A DNA stretch of 64,000 nucleotides from an uncultured Pseudomonadota bacterium (GTDB taxonomy: Bacteria; Pseudomonadota; Alphaproteobacteria; UBA9219): assembly GCA_903824505.1 (NCBI GenBank), contig CAIJXG010000081.1:40044-104043 (forward strand). The letters are read 5' to 3'. Made by a program: the position numbers and the translations under genes. The notes under the pieces are model-generated. The model did not search any database and was not told the origin of the DNA. It saw only the letters and a program-made list of their open reading frames with translations. Shown here one piece after another: positions 28,518 to 39,942 of the stretch (positions are counted from its first letter, which is position 1; each line of letters opens with the position of its first letter).

Positions 28518-29594
28518 ATGTCCGAAGATTTAGCCAAAAAACGCCGTCTTTTGACAGGCGACACGCCCACAGGTGCCCTTCATTTGGGGCATTATGTCGG
28601 GACGCTTGAAAACAGACTGCGGTTACAAGACGATTATGACTGCTATTTCGTTCTGGCTAATAAACATTCTTTTACAACTCAGGCAGAGGATCCGGCACGC
28701 ATTCGCGAGAATGTTCTGGCCGTTGCGACGGACTGGCTTGCGGTGGGGATCGATCCCCATAAAAGCGCCCTATTTATCCAAAGCGAGGTGCCCGAGATCG
28801 ATGAGCTGACTTTTTACTTCGCGATGCTCCTTCCCTTCAATCGGGTCATGCGCAACCCGACGCTGAAAGAGGAAATTATCACGAAGAAGTTAGGGGATTC
28901 CTATTCTTTTGGCTTTCCTTTGTATGCCGTGGGGCAGACCGCCGATATTCTTGCCTTCCGTCCCGATCTGATCCCCGTCGGGAAAGATCAGCTTCCCCAT
29001 ATCGAAATGACGCGCGAGGTCGCACGGCGCTTTAATGCCCTTTATCTCGGGATTGCCGAAAGCGGCGAGGAGCAGGAAACAAAGGCTTTGGGAGGATTTT
29101 TCGGCGAGGTGAAGCCGCTCTTAGGGCGTGTGGAACGGCTTGTCGGCACGGGCGGCCCGAACGCGGACGGGCAGTTATTGAAGATGAGCAAGTCTCTGAA
29201 TAACGCGATTCTCCTTTCCGACGATGCCGACACGGTGCGCGACAAGGTTATGGCCATGTATACAGACCCCACCCGCTTGCGCGCCAGCGATCCAGGTCAT
29301 GTCGAAAACAATCCCCTATGGATCTTCCACGACACGTTCAACAAAGACACGGCATGGGTAGCGGATAATAAGGCGCGGTACGAGGTGGGCGGCATCGGCG
29401 ATGTCGCGATTAAGAAAAACCTGATCGACGTTCTGAACGCTTTTCTGGATCCCATCCGCACCCGCCGCGATTCTTTCGCCAAACATCCTGAAGACGTGCT
29501 GTCTATCCTTCGCACGGGAACCGAGAAAGCCCGCCACATCACCGCCGAAACAATGAGTCTGGTGAAAAAGGCAATCCGGCAGGATTATTGGTGA
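28518..29594 (+). CDS. trpS: Tryptophan--tRNA ligase
   Basis: HIGH-type motif TGDTPTGALHLGHYVG and KMSKS (LKMSKSLNNAI). About 358 aa. The track ORF start at 28359 is an upstream extension. Confidence 0.9.
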   Translation: MSEDLAKKRRLLTGDTPTGALHLGHYVGTLENRLRLQDDYDCYFVLANKHSFTTQAEDPARIRENVLAVATDWLAVGIDPHKSALFIQSEVPEIDELTFYFAMLLPFNRVMRNPTLKEEIITKKLGDSYSFGFPLYAVGQTADILAFRPDLIPVGKDQLPHIEMTREVARRFNALYLGIAESGEEQETKALGGFFGEVKPLLGRVERLVGTGGPNADGQLLKMSKSLNNAILLSDDADTVRDKVMAMYTDPTRLRASDPGHVENNPLWIFHDTFNKDTAWVADNKARYEVGGIGDVAIKKNLIDVLNAFLDPIRTRRDSFAKHPEDVLSILRTGTEKARHITAETMSLVKKAIRQDYW

Positions 29595-29822
29595 AGGCGC
29601 TGAAGCGCAGAATTTGAGAGGCACCCTTCGCGTTTGTCATGCCACCGTATCAAGTCTGCCATGATGGATGGAGAGGCTTGGATAAAACAACACCCTGCGA
29701 CACCGCAAAGTATAGAGTTTCATGCTGCACCGCAGCACCTTGTTTTGTGGCTTTTCGGGTGTCTGGCGCGTAGGGTCGGCTTCGTTCCACGGTTGATTCT
29801 CCCTTGAATAAAGGTGACCCCG

Positions 29823-32081
29823 ATGACAGTTATGGCCCCTCTCTCGACTTACGACAAAGCATGGCGCGGTTTTACGGATGGCGCATGGTCGGCGCAGGTC
29901 GATGTCCGCGATTTCATCCAGAAAAATGTCATACCTTACACGGGCGATGAGTCGTTTTTGACGGGCGCGACCGCGCGGACAAAGAAGGTGTGGGAAAAAC
30001 TGGCTCCGTTGCTGAAAGAAGAGCGCGAAAAGGGCGTTTTGGATGTCTCGACCGACAAGCCCGCCGCCATCACCGCGCATGGGCCGGGTTATATTGACAA
30101 AGAGCTGGAGATCATCGTCGGTCTTCAAACCGATGCGCCCTTGAAACGCGCGATCATGCCCAACGGGGGGCTTCGGATGATCGAAGCGGGCCTGGAGGCT
30201 TACGGATTTGCGCTGGATCCTCCTGTGGCCGAAATCTGGACGAAATACCGCAAATCCCACAATCAAGGCGTGTTCGATGTCTATACGCCCGAGATTCTCG
30301 CGGCCCGCAAATCGGGGCTTGTGACAGGGCTGCCCGATGCCTATGGGCGGGGACGCATTATTGGGGATTATCGCCGCATCGCTTTATATGGGGTTGATTT
30401 TCTACGCAAGGACAAGCTGCGCGAATTCCACGAGCTCGACGGATCTGTGTTCGACGAACCAACCTTGCGTTTGCGCGAGGAGCTGTCGGAACAATTCCGT
30501 GCCTTGGATGAGCTGAAACAGATGGCGCAAAGCTACGGCTTTGATATCAGCGCACCGGCGCAGACGGCGCAAGAGGCGGTTCAGTGGGTTTATTTTGGTT
30601 ATCTCGCCGCCGTGAAGGAGCAAAACGGCGCGGCCATGTCCATGGGGCGGGTTTCCAGCTTTTTGGATATTTATATTCAGCGCGATTTGCGCGAAGGGCT
30701 TCTGACGGAAAGCCAAGCGCAGGAGATGATCGACGATCTGGTCATCAAGCTCCGGATCGTGCGCTTCCTGCGCACGCCCGACTATGATCAGCTTTTCTCG
30801 GGCGATCCCACATGGGTTACGGAATCCATCGGCGGGATGGGGCTGGATGGAAGGCCTTTAGTCACGAAAAGCAGTTTCCGCTTCTTGCACACACTGACCA
30901 CGCTCGGCCCCGCGCCAGAGCCGAATCTGACGGTGCTGTGGAGTTCGGATTTGCCGCGTGCGTTTAAAGATTACTGCGCCAAAGTTTCCATTGAAACCAG
31001 CGCGATCCAATATGAAAACGACGATCTCATGCGGCCTGAATGGGGCGATGATTACGGCATTGCTTGTTGCGTGTCCGCCATGCGGATCGGCAAGCAGATG
31101 CAGTTCTTTGGCGCGCGGGTGAATTTGGCCAAGGCTCTGCTTTACGCCATCAATGGCGGCGTGGATGAAAATTCGGGCGAGCGCGTCGCGCACGGCTTCA
31201 CGCCGATAACCGGAGAGATTCTGCGTTTCGACGAAGTTCACGAAAAATACGATCTTCTGCTAGATTGGCTGGCCAAGACCTATGTGACCGCGCTGAATTG
31301 CATTCATTATATGCACGATAAATACGCGTATGAACGGATCGAAATGGCGCTGCATGACCGCGATGTTTTGCGGACGATGGCGTGCGGCATCGCGGGCTTG
31401 TCGGTCGCAACGGATTCCTTGTCCGCCATTAAGCACGCGACGGTGCGCGTGGTGCGGAACGACAAAGGGCTGGCGGTGGATTATGCGATTGAGGGGGATT
31501 ATCCCGCTTATGGCAACAATGATGATCGCGCCGATTCCATCGCGGTCGAGCTTGTGTCGCGCTTTATGGATAAGGTCAAAGCGCAGCCTTGTTTTTATCG
31601 GAACGCCTTGCCGACCCAGTCGGTTCTGACCATCACCTCGAACGTCGTCTATGGCAAAAAGACGGGCAACACGCCCGATGGACGGCGCGGCGGCATGCCT
31701 TTTGCCCCGGGCGCGAATCCTATGAACGGACGGGATGTGAAAGGCTTTGTGGCCGCAGGCGCCTCGGTCGCCAAAATCCCTTACGCCTGCGCCTTGGACG
31801 GGATCAGCTGGACGGCATCAGCCACGCCCGATACGTTGGGCCCGACAGCGCCAGAGCGACAGCGGAATCTGGCCAATTGTTTAGACGGCTTCGTAAAAGC
31901 GGGCGGATTCCATGTGAATGTCAATGTGTTTAACCGCGAAACCTTGATGGACGCCATCGCGCATCCGGAGCTGTATCCCCAGCTGACGGTTCGCGTCTCG
32001 GGCTATGCCGTGAATTTCACAAAATTGACTCGTGAGCAGCAGATGGATGTTGTGAATCGGACCTTCCATCAAAGTTTGTAA
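29823..32081 (+). CDS. pflB: Formate C-acetyltransferase (pyruvate formate-lyase)
   Basis: Collinear with E. coli PflB, including the catalytic CC (GIACCVSAM) and the glycyl-radical motif RVSGYAV. Confidence 0.92.
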   Translation: MTVMAPLSTYDKAWRGFTDGAWSAQVDVRDFIQKNVIPYTGDESFLTGATARTKKVWEKLAPLLKEEREKGVLDVSTDKPAAITAHGPGYIDKELEIIVGLQTDAPLKRAIMPNGGLRMIEAGLEAYGFALDPPVAEIWTKYRKSHNQGVFDVYTPEILAARKSGLVTGLPDAYGRGRIIGDYRRIALYGVDFLRKDKLREFHELDGSVFDEPTLRLREELSEQFRALDELKQMAQSYGFDISAPAQTAQEAVQWVYFGYLAAVKEQNGAAMSMGRVSSFLDIYIQRDLREGLLTESQAQEMIDDLVIKLRIVRFLRTPDYDQLFSGDPTWVTESIGGMGLDGRPLVTKSSFRFLHTLTTLGPAPEPNLTVLWSSDLPRAFKDYCAKVSIETSAIQYENDDLMRPEWGDDYGIACCVSAMRIGKQMQFFGARVNLAKALLYAINGGVDENSGERVAHGFTPITGEILRFDEVHEKYDLLLDWLAKTYVTALNCIHYMHDKYAYERIEMALHDRDVLRTMACGIAGLSVATDSLSAIKHATVRVVRNDKGLAVDYAIEGDYPAYGNNDDRADSIAVELVSRFMDKVKAQPCFYRNALPTQSVLTITSNVVYGKKTGNTPDGRRGGMPFAPGANPMNGRDVKGFVAAGASVAKIPYACALDGISWTASATPDTLGPTAPERQRNLANCLDGFVKAGGFHVNVNVFNRETLMDAIAHPELYPQLTVRVSGYAVNFTKLTREQQMDVVNRTFHQSL

Positions 32082-32085
32082 TTCT

Positions 32086-32826
32086 GTGATGACAAACACC
32101 CTCGGCTATCTCCATTCCGTCGAGTCCGGTGCGGCGGCGGATGGGCCCGGGGTGCGTTTCGTGTATTTCATGCAAGGATGCCTGTTTCGCTGCCTCTATT
32201 GCCATAATCCAGATACGTGGAAAATCCATGCGGGGCGTGCCGTCACGCTGGATGAAGCACTGACCGAGCTGCGCCCTTATGCGGGTTTTCTGAAAATCGC
32301 GGGGGGCGTGACGGTTTCGGGGGGCGAGCCTTTGCTGCAAGCTCCTTTTGTAGGCGATTTGTTGACGCATATTAAAAAAGAATTGGGGTTGTCGACCGCG
32401 CTGGATACGCAAGGCTTTTTGCATACGAGCGTGCCGGATTCATGGTTTGATCCGGTGGATCTTGTGTTGCTGGACATCAAACATGCCGATCCCGAGGCCT
32501 ATTTGAAACTAACGGGCAAGCCTTTGCAGCCGACTTTGGATTTTGCCCAAAGACTCGCGCGCCTTAATAAACCCTTTTGGTTGCGTTATGTGCTGGTGCC
32601 CGGAGTGACGGATGGCGAAGCGGATATTTTGCGTCTCGCAGATTTTGTGGCGAGCCTTGGGAAAGTCGTTGAACGCGTGGATATTCTTCCTTTCCATCAG
32701 CTCGGCGCATTCAAATGGAAAGAGCTTAACCTTCCCTACACATTGGAAAACACGCCGCCACCCACGCTCGACTCCATAGCCCACACAAGCGCTTTGTTTG
32801 CCTCAAGAGGGCTGCCGATTGTGTAA
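32086..32826 (+). CDS. pflA: Pyruvate formate-lyase activating enzyme (radical SAM)
   Basis: CxxxCxxC cluster (CLFRCLYCHNPDTW) and GGVTVSGGEPLLQ. Directly follows pflB. Confidence 0.9.
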   Translation: MMTNTLGYLHSVESGAAADGPGVRFVYFMQGCLFRCLYCHNPDTWKIHAGRAVTLDEALTELRPYAGFLKIAGGVTVSGGEPLLQAPFVGDLLTHIKKELGLSTALDTQGFLHTSVPDSWFDPVDLVLLDIKHADPEAYLKLTGKPLQPTLDFAQRLARLNKPFWLRYVLVPGVTDGEADILRLADFVASLGKVVERVDILPFHQLGAFKWKELNLPYTLENTPPPTLDSIAHTSALFASRGLPIV

Positions 32827-32877
32827 AGAAGTTTTATAGAAAAGCCGAAATAACCGTTCTTATTTCTTCGGGCTGGC

Positions 32878-34662
32878 TTACTCCTCCATCTCGAAAGGCA
32901 AAAACTCGGCTTCGGGCAGAATGTCGGTTTCTTCTTTTTCAACGACCGCCGGAGGTGACGGAGCAGGGTGGCGCAGGCGAGTCAATTTGGCGTCCGGAAA
33001 GGTCGCAAAGACGGCTTGGATCAGCGGGTGAGCGCGGGCGCGTTCATGGTGCTGCGCCTCGGCGGCGCGGTCTTGCTCGGCAAGGCTTGGTTCCCCATCC
33101 GCGCCCGAAATAGAAACAACCCAGCGCTTCCCTGTCCAATCCGTCAAACATTGCCCCACGCGGCCCGCGAAATTGGCAGGTGCGGCTTCGCCGACACGCA
33201 ACTCCAACAGGCCTGCCTCGCAGCGCACGAGATTAACCTGTCCGTATAGGATCGCATGCAGCCCCGCCTCGCGCTTCTCAGAGAACAGCGCAACAAGGGT
33301 TCGGAAATCAGCGGGTTGTTCGTAAGGGGCAAGCTGCGGCGCGCCAACTGCACCGCTTCCGCCCCCACATAAAGCCAGACGCGCGACTGGGGCACCACCA
33401 CCCCCGCCGCCGGAAGGTACATGGCTTCCCGACCCACCGCCCCCGCCGCCATCCCGGATCTGTTTCACCAAATCAGCTGGAGTCGGTAAATCGCACGCAT
33501 AGGCTAAGCGGATCAGGACCATTTCCGCCGCTTGGGCGGGGTGCGCGGCCGTTTGAACCTCGCCAATACCTTTCAACAAAATTTGCCACGCGCGCGCCAA
33601 AGCCGGAATTGTGACATCGGAAGCCTCGCGCATCAGCTGGCGGTCATATTCGGGCAGAGAGGGATCTTCCGTGCCTTCAGGCACAACTTGCCCCCGAGTC
33701 AAAAGATGGATCAGGTCGCACATATCCTGCAAAACCTGCAACGGATCCGAGCCCGCCAACCGCATGGCGGTAAAGATTTCAAGGGCGCTCGCGATCTCGC
33801 CGCGCAGCAGGGATCGACACAAAGCGATGCTTTGGCCGCGATCCGCCAGCCCCAACATGTCTTTCACATCTGCCGCCGTCACATGCCCGTTACCCCGCGC
33901 AATCGCCTGATCCAAAAGGCTTAGCCCGTCGCGCGCCGAGCCATCCGCCGCATGAGCGATCATCTTCACGGCTTCTTCTTCGGCCGTCACGCCTTCTTGC
34001 GCCACGATCTGCATGAAATAGGGTGCCAGAGTCTCACTGTCGATCCGGCGCAGATCAAACCGCTGGCAGCGAGAGAGAACGGTGACAGGAACTTTGCGGA
34101 TTTCTGTGGTGGCGAAGATAAATTTCGTGTGGGGGGGGGGCTCCTCCAGCGTTTTCAGCAACGCGTTGAAGGCATTTTTTGAGAGCATATGGACTTCATC
34201 GAGGATATAAATCTTATACAGCGCCGAAACGGGGCCATAGCGGACGCCATCGATGATCTCGCGCATATCCTCCACGCCTGTGCGCGAGGCCGCATCTAGC
34301 TCCATCACATCCACATGGCGGTCTTCCAGAATCGTGCGGCAGGAGTCGCATTTTCCGCAGGGGGTAATGGTGGGGCCGCTGGTACCCTCCACGCCTGTGC
34401 AATTCAAGGCGCGCGCTATAATCCGCGCGGTCGTCGTCTTGCCGATGCCCCGCACGCCCGTCAGCATCCATGCGTGCGGTAGTCGTCCCGCCTCAATCGC
34501 GTTCGAAAGCGTCCGTACCATCGCCTGTTGACCAATCAACTGATCAAAGGTTACGGGACGATATTTCCGTGCGAGGACTCGATAGGCGGGCGCAGGCGAC
34601 GGTGTTAGATCCGGAAACAGAGCATTTTGCTCATCTTCGGGGGATGAAAAAAGCTGTGACAT
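32878..34662 (-). CDS. dnaX: DNA polymerase III subunit tau/gamma
   Basis: YRPVTFDQLIGQQAMVRTLSNAIEAGRLPHAWMLTGVRGIGKTTTARIIARALNC, zinc module CGKCDSC, box VII and a Gly-rich linker. Confidence 0.88.
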   Translation of the reverse strand: MSQLFSSPEDEQNALFPDLTPSPAPAYRVLARKYRPVTFDQLIGQQAMVRTLSNAIEAGRLPHAWMLTGVRGIGKTTTARIIARALNCTGVEGTSGPTITPCGKCDSCRTILEDRHVDVMELDAASRTGVEDMREIIDGVRYGPVSALYKIYILDEVHMLSKNAFNALLKTLEEPPPHTKFIFATTEIRKVPVTVLSRCQRFDLRRIDSETLAPYFMQIVAQEGVTAEEEAVKMIAHAADGSARDGLSLLDQAIARGNGHVTAADVKDMLGLADRGQSIALCRSLLRGEIASALEIFTAMRLAGSDPLQVLQDMCDLIHLLTRGQVVPEGTEDPSLPEYDRQLMREASDVTIPALARAWQILLKGIGEVQTAAHPAQAAEMVLIRLAYACDLPTPADLVKQIRDGGGGGGSGSHVPSGGGGGGAPVARLALCGGGSGAVGAPQLAPYEQPADFRTLVALFSEKREAGLHAILYGQVNLVRCEAGLLELRVGEAAPANFAGRVGQCLTDWTGKRWVVSISGADGEPSLAEQDRAAEAQHHERARAHPLIQAVFATFPDAKLTRLRHPAPSPPAVVEKEETDILPEAEFLPFEMEE

Positions 34663-34730
34663 GATGGCGCGACCTTGCAAAGGAAGGACTGACTATATGC
34701 GGCGAAAAAAGCTTCCGGAACCCCAGAGTT

Positions 34731-36038
34731 TTAATACCTATATCGCTCGGGCTTAAACGGCCCTTCGGGGGAGATTCCCAAATAATCGGCCTGAGCTTTG
34801 GTTAGCTCCGTCAGTTGCGCGCCCAATTTAGACAGATGCAGCCGCGCGACTTTTTCGTCCAGCGATTTGGGAAGGATATAGACGTCGTTGGCGTATTTTC
34901 CCTGATGGGTCCACAGCTCGATCTGCGCGAGGGTTTGGTTCGTGAAAGACGCGCTCATCACAAAACTTGGATGCCCTGTTGCACAGCCCAAATTCACCAA
35001 ACGGCCTTGCGCCAGAACGATCAACCGCTTGCCGTCTGGAAACACGACTTCATCCACTTGGGGTTTAACCTCCTCCCATATGAAATGCCGCAGCGACTCG
35101 ATCTGAATCTCGGAATCGAAATGTCCAATGTTACAGACAATGGCGCGGTCTTTCATTGTGCGCATGTGATCTAGGGTGATGACGTCGATATTCCCCGTCG
35201 CGGTCACAAAGACATCCCCTTGCGCAGCGGCTTGGTTCATCGTCACGACCTGATAGCCTTCCATCGAGGCTTGCAGCGCGTTGATCGGATCAATTTCGGT
35301 CACCATCACACGGGCGCCCGCCGCCCGTAAAGAGGCCGCCGATCCCTTGCCGACATCGCCATAGCCGCACACGACCGCGATTTTGCCCGCGAGCATCACA
35401 TCGGTCGCGCGGCGAATCCCATCCACCAAACTCTCGCGACAGCCGTAAAGATTATCGAATTTTGACTTGGTCACGCTGTCATTGACGTTAAAGGCGGGGA
35501 TTTTCAGCTCGCCCTTTTCCTTCATCATGTACAAACGATGCACGCCCGTCGTTGTTTCTTCGGACACGCCGCGAATGCCGGACAAAAGCGCTGGAAATCT
35601 GGTGTGGACGCGCAAGGTCAAATCGCCGCCGTCATCCAGCAGCATGTTGGGAACCCATCCGTTCGGGCCATGGATCGTCTGATCGATACAATCCCAGAAG
35701 GATTCCTCATCCAAGCCTTTCCATGCGAACACAGGTATCCCCGAAGCCGCCATCGCGGCGGCGGCATGATCTTGGGTCGAGAAAACATTGCACGAGGACC
35801 AGCGCACCTTCGCCCCCAAATGGGTCAGAGTCTCAATCAAAACGGCGGTCTGAATGGTCATATGCAGACAACCTGCAATCCGTGCGCCTTTCAAGGGCTT
35901 TTGCGCCCCATATTCCGCACGCAGGGCCATCAGGCCCGGCATTTCGGTCTCGGCGATGCGGACTTCCCGCCGCCCCCATTCGGCCTGCGTGATATCCTTG
36001 ACCTTGAAATCCTGAGCGACGGCGGCAAGTTGGGGCAT
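34731..36038 (-). CDS. ahcY: Adenosylhomocysteinase
   Basis: [33 protein letters not shown]-binding GYGDVGKG, and the roughly 40-aa insertion typical of bacterial SahH. 435 aa. Confidence 0.92.
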   Translation of the reverse strand: MPQLAAVAQDFKVKDITQAEWGRREVRIAETEMPGLMALRAEYGAQKPLKGARIAGCLHMTIQTAVLIETLTHLGAKVRWSSCNVFSTQDHAAAAMAASGIPVFAWKGLDEESFWDCIDQTIHGPNGWVPNMLLDDGGDLTLRVHTRFPALLSGIRGVSEETTTGVHRLYMMKEKGELKIPAFNVNDSVTKSKFDNLYGCRESLVDGIRRATDVMLAGKIAVVCGYGDVGKGSAASLRAAGARVMVTEIDPINALQASMEGYQVVTMNQAAAQGDVFVTATGNIDVITLDHMRTMKDRAIVCNIGHFDSEIQIESLRHFIWEEVKPQVDEVVFPDGKRLIVLAQGRLVNLGCATGHPSFVMSASFTNQTLAQIELWTHQGKYANDVYILPKSLDEKVARLHLSKLGAQLTELTKAQADYLGISPEGPFKPERYRY

Positions 36039-36214
36039 GGGAACCTCGAAAGAAAAGGGTATGGCGAGCTTTATACCAGCAAGCCGATGCGAGGGTCACG
36101 TCTTATCTTTTGGCACATGAATACAGCGGTGTCGTGATTTTCACCCCCTCGACTTTTGGGAAAGATAGACATAGACTTTTGTCCCTATCTTTAAACCCGC
36201 CTTGGGAGTTTCCG

Positions 36215-36781
36215 ATGAAAGCCTGTCTCGTGACCAAGCTTGTGGGGGCCGTTGGCATTGCAGCCTGTGCGGTAGGGATTGCCTATGGGGTCGGCTCTGT
36301 GGTGATGGCGCCGCATGCTCTGACAAAAAATGCTTTCGTAATAGATACGGCCATTCTCTCCCAAGCCTCGGGTGCGCCGACTTCAAGCGCCTCCGCTGCG
36401 CCAGCACCAGAAGCGCCAACCCTTCCGCCTATCAAGGATCTGTTGGCCAAGGCCGATCCCGCAGCCGGTCAGAAATACGCCAAAGTCTGTGCGACATGCC
36501 ACAGTTTCGGCAAGGGAGAAGCCGCCAAAATGGGGCCCAATCTTTACGGAATCCTCGGCGCGCCTCATGCCCATATGGCGGGCTATGCCTATTCCGCCGC
36601 CATGCAAGCGCATGCGTCTGATATCTGGACCTATGAGGAGCTGAATCACTTCCTTTTTAAACCCAGCGTGCATATCCCGGGCACCAAAATGCCCTTTGCC
36701 GGAATCAAAAACGATTCTGACCGCGCGAATGTCATTTCATGGCTCCGCACGCTGAGTGAAACGCCGGAGGCCTTGCCGTAA
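36215..36781 (+). CDS. Membrane-anchored mono-haem cytochrome c
   Basis: N-terminal TM, haem-binding CATCHS, Met ligand region, and an Ala/Pro-rich linker. Confidence 0.7.
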   Translation: MKACLVTKLVGAVGIAACAVGIAYGVGSVVMAPHALTKNAFVIDTAILSQASGAPTSSASAAPAPEAPTLPPIKDLLAKADPAAGQKYAKVCATCHSFGKGEAAKMGPNLYGILGAPHAHMAGYAYSAAMQAHASDIWTYEELNHFLFKPSVHIPGTKMPFAGIKNDSDRANVISWLRTLSETPEALP

Positions 36782-36892
36782 AGATGCAGGAGAGACCAAC
36801 GCGCCGAAATGCAGACAGGGCATCGGCTTGCACCTTCCCACGTTCCTTTCTCTTTAAACTTCCTGCTGAAACAGACACCCTTGCCTTCTACA

Positions 36893-37558
36893 CCGATGAT
36901 TTTTCTTTCCCTCCTTCGGCATGAGCTTCGTCTACAGCTGCGGCGGAAAAGCGAGGGCGCGGCGCTGATTCTGTTTTTCCTGATTCTGCTGATCCTGATG
37001 CCCTTCGCACTGGGGCCGGATCCTGTTTTGCTGGCGCGGGTGGGGCCAGGAATTGTTTGGATTGCGACTCTGTTAATGGCCCTTTTGTCTCTGGATCGTT
37101 TGTTTGTGCAAGACGCACGAGACGGCTCGCTGGATGAGATGCTCACCGCGCCCGTCTCTCTTGAAAAGATTGTTGCCGCAAAATTGTTGGCCCAAAGTCT
37201 TGTCTTGCTGGGCGCTCTTTTGGTGATGAGCCTTCCGGCGCTGATTTTTCTGGGGCTGAAGCCTTCTATTTTGCCTATCTTGGGGATCGGCTTTGCGTTG
37301 GGCGTCCCCTCTTTGGTGCTTTTAGGGGGCTTGGCCAGTGCGCTGACGGTCGCGCTTCACCGCAGCGCAGCGTTGCTCACTCTTTTGCTGATCCCCTTCT
37401 ATCTTCCTGTTCTGATCTTCGCTGTTTCAGCCTGCGAGGCGCAGGCGATGGGCGCGGAGACAGGGGCCCCTCTGCTTTTTCTGGGCGCGATTCTGACATT
37501 GCTTTTACCGTCAACGCCTTTCATCATCGCCGCGTCTTTGCGGCATAATCAGGGGTAG
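36893..37558 (+). CDS. ccmB: Haem exporter protein CcmB
   Basis: MIFLSLLRHELRLQLRRKSEGAALILFFLILLILMPFALGPDP resembles the CcmB N-terminus. Six hydrophobic segments. Upstream of ccmC. No ccmA is adjacent. Confidence 0.72.
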   Translation, partial: PMIFLSLLRHELRLQLRRKSEGAALILFFLILLILMPFALGPDPVLLARVGPGIVWIATLLMALLSLDRLFVQDARDGSLDEMLTAPVSLEKIVAAKLLAQSLVLLGALLVMSLPALIFLGLKPSILPILGIGFALGVPSLVLLGGLASALTVALHRSAALLTLLLIPFYLPVLIFAVSACEAQAMGAETGAPLLFLGAILTLLLPSTPFIIAASLRHNQG

Positions 37559-37561
37559 TCT

Positions 37562-38281
37562 ATGGGCTGGGTCTCCTTCTTCGCCAATCCTGCGCGCTTT
37601 TTGCGCCTCGCCCGTTTTTTAATCCCCCTTTTTAGCCTTGGGGCGATCGTGGCTTTTGCCGTTGGGCTTTATTTGGCTCTGTGCGCCTCGCCGCCCGATT
37701 ATCAGCAAGGCGAGACAGTGCGCATTATGTATGTGCATGTACCGGCCGCGTGGCTAGGACTTGGACTCTATGTTGCGATGGCTGTTGCGGCAGGAATTGG
37801 GCTTGTGGCGCGTCACGCGCTTGCCGATCTTTTTTGCGCCGCGGCAGCCCCTGTCGGCGCGACCTTGGTGGGGCTATGTCTAGCCACGGGCAGTCTGTGG
37901 GGCAAGCCGACATGGGGCGCGTGGTGGGTCTGGGACGCCCGCCTGACCAGCGTTTTGGTGCTTTTCTTTCTTTATTGTGGCTATATGGTCTTGCGCGGCG
38001 CGTTCGAGGACGAAGCTCAAGGCGCCAAAGCCGGTGGAATCCTTCTACTGATCGGGGTCGTGAATATCCCCATCGTGAAATTTTCGGTCGAGTGGTGGAA
38101 TACGCTGCATCAACCCGCAAGCCTGTTACGCAAAGGGGGGGCTGCTATCGCGCCTGAGATGCTCCACCCGCTTTTAGTCATGGCGCTGGCTTATGCTCTT
38201 TATGCCGGATCGATGATTCTTATACGCATGAGAACGGTGCTACGCGCACGAAAAATTGCCCTCAGGCGCGAAGAATCCTGA
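37562..38281 (+). CDS. ccmC: Haem exporter protein CcmC
   Basis: WWD domain (GAWWVWDARLTS) and a conserved His-containing loop. 239 aa. Confidence 0.8.
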   Translation: MGWVSFFANPARFLRLARFLIPLFSLGAIVAFAVGLYLALCASPPDYQQGETVRIMYVHVPAAWLGLGLYVAMAVAAGIGLVARHALADLFCAAAAPVGATLVGLCLATGSLWGKPTWGAWWVWDARLTSVLVLFFLYCGYMVLRGAFEDEAQGAKAGGILLLIGVVNIPIVKFSVEWWNTLHQPASLLRKGGAAIAPEMLHPLLVMALAYALYAGSMILIRMRTVLRARKIALRREES

Positions 38282-38282
38282 T

Positions 38283-38400
38283 ATACTCGCCTTCCTTGGA
38301 AAGTGGAAGGATGCGATTCCGTGCAAAACACGGACGCAGCGAAGCTGATGCGCCTTTTGCGGGGACAAAACGTGAGGGGTTCCTTCGGTGCCCGAGTATA
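38283..38400 (-). repeat. Miniature TIR element, copy 2 of 3 (reverse orientation), starting 2 bp after the ccmC stop
   Basis: Reverse complement aligns base-for-base with 20964-21073 apart from a few substitutions. Termini are TATACTCG...CCGAGTATA. Confidence 0.75.
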
Positions 38401-38494
38401 AAAGAAAAATTGCCCTCAGATCTCAACTGGCCTAGGGTCGCCCCATCTATACTCAAAGGGGAACCTTCCGTGAAGTCTCTGAAGCCTGTTGTCA

Positions 38495-39867
38495 TGTCTG
38501 GTCGTGAAGTGTGGCCCCTTGTGGAAGGGGGCAAAGGTATCTCTGTCTCGACTGGAGACAGCGCGGGGGCGTGGGCGGCGGCCGGCGGGATTGGCACGTT
38601 TTCGGGCGTGAATGCCGATAGCTATGATGCGGATCGCCATGTCATTCCTCAGATTTACAAAGGCAAGACGCGGCAGGAACGTCATCATGAGCTGATTAAA
38701 TTCGGAATTATCGGTGGCATCGCCCAAGCGCAGCGCGCGCATGAGATTTCGGGGGGCCAAGGGCGGTTGCATATGAACGTCCTTTGGGAAATGGGCGGGG
38801 CCGAGCCGATTTTGGAAGGTGTTTTAGAAGGGGCGAAAGGCCTTATTCACGGGGTGACCTGCGGCGCGGGCATGCCCTATCGGGTAGCCGAGATCGCGGC
38901 GCGGCATGGCGTTTCTTATTATCCGATCGTCTCCTCGGCCCGCGCATTTCGGGCTTTGTGGCTGCGTGCTTACAACAAATACCCCGAAGGGTTAGGCGGC
39001 GTGGTGTACGAAGATCCATGGCTTGCCGGCGGCCATAACGGCCTGTCGAATAGCGAGGATCCTCAAAAGCCCGAAGATCCGATGCCACGCGTGGCGGCAT
39101 TGCGGGCCCAAATGAATGAATACGGGCTTCAAAAGACGCCGATCGTTATGGCGGGGGGAGTCTGGTGGCTTTCGGAATGGGAACATTGGTTGGACAATGT
39201 AACCATCGGCCCCGTCGCTTTTCAATTTGGCACGCGACCGCTTCTGACTCAGGAAAGCCCTATTTCAACGGCATGGAAGGAGCGGCTTCGGACTCTAAAA
39301 AAAGGCGATGTGTTTCTGAATCGCTTCTCGCCAACGGGATTCTATTCTTCGGCAGTCAATAACGCGTTTTTGCAAGAGCTGAAAGAACGGTCAGAACGCC
39401 AGATTGCCTATACACATGAACAAGTCGGCGCCCATACCGAAAGCTTCAAGGTTGGTGTCGTGGGCGCGCCTGTTTTCATCACCTCGGCCGATAGAGCTCG
39501 TATGCAGGCTTGGCAGGCGCAGGGCTTCACTAAAGTGCTCCGCACACCGGATAGCACGCTGATTTTTGTGACGCCAGATCGCGCGAAAGAGATCATTGCG
39601 GATCAGACAAACTGTATGGGCTGTCTGTCGGCCTGCGCCTTTTCGAATTGGTCACAGAACGAAAAGGGAACAACAGGCCATAAGCCGGATCCGCGTTCTT
39701 TCTGCATTCAGAAAACGCTGCAAAGCATCAGCCATGGCGGCGATGTCGAGAGCGCCTTGATGTTTTCGGGCCACAACGCCTATCGCTTTGCGCAGGATCC
39801 CTTCTATACGAACGGCTTTATCCCGACCGTTAAGCAACTTGTCGAACAGATTTTAACGGGGTTCTGA
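38495..39867 (+). CDS. Nitronate monooxygenase / 2-nitropropane dioxygenase-family FMN oxidoreductase (long form)
   Basis: TIM-barrel NMO pattern (GGIGTFSGV..., MAGGVWW...). Start set at MSGREVW. The upstream part of the 523-aa track ORF overlaps the miniature repeat and is unlikely to be coding. Confidence 0.55.
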
Positions 39868-39942
39868 GGGGGGGTGATTTTGTGTGCCCTGATCTGAAAA
39901 AAGGTTAAAATTGTGCCGCGTCACAGTATATCTCTCGCGCCC

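Noticed and set aside
29595..29822. FNR/Crp-type box upstream of pflB
   Set aside because: There is no convincing TTGAT-N4-ATCAA palindrome, only half-site fragments.
36039..36214. Possible SAH riboswitch upstream of ahcY, which is common in Proteobacteria
   Set aside because: Reading the leader on the coding strand, I cannot find the conserved AGGAGCGCUGC / GGCUCGG / ACGGCGCUCA elements or a convincing pseudoknot arrangement. A covariance-model scan would be the decisive test.
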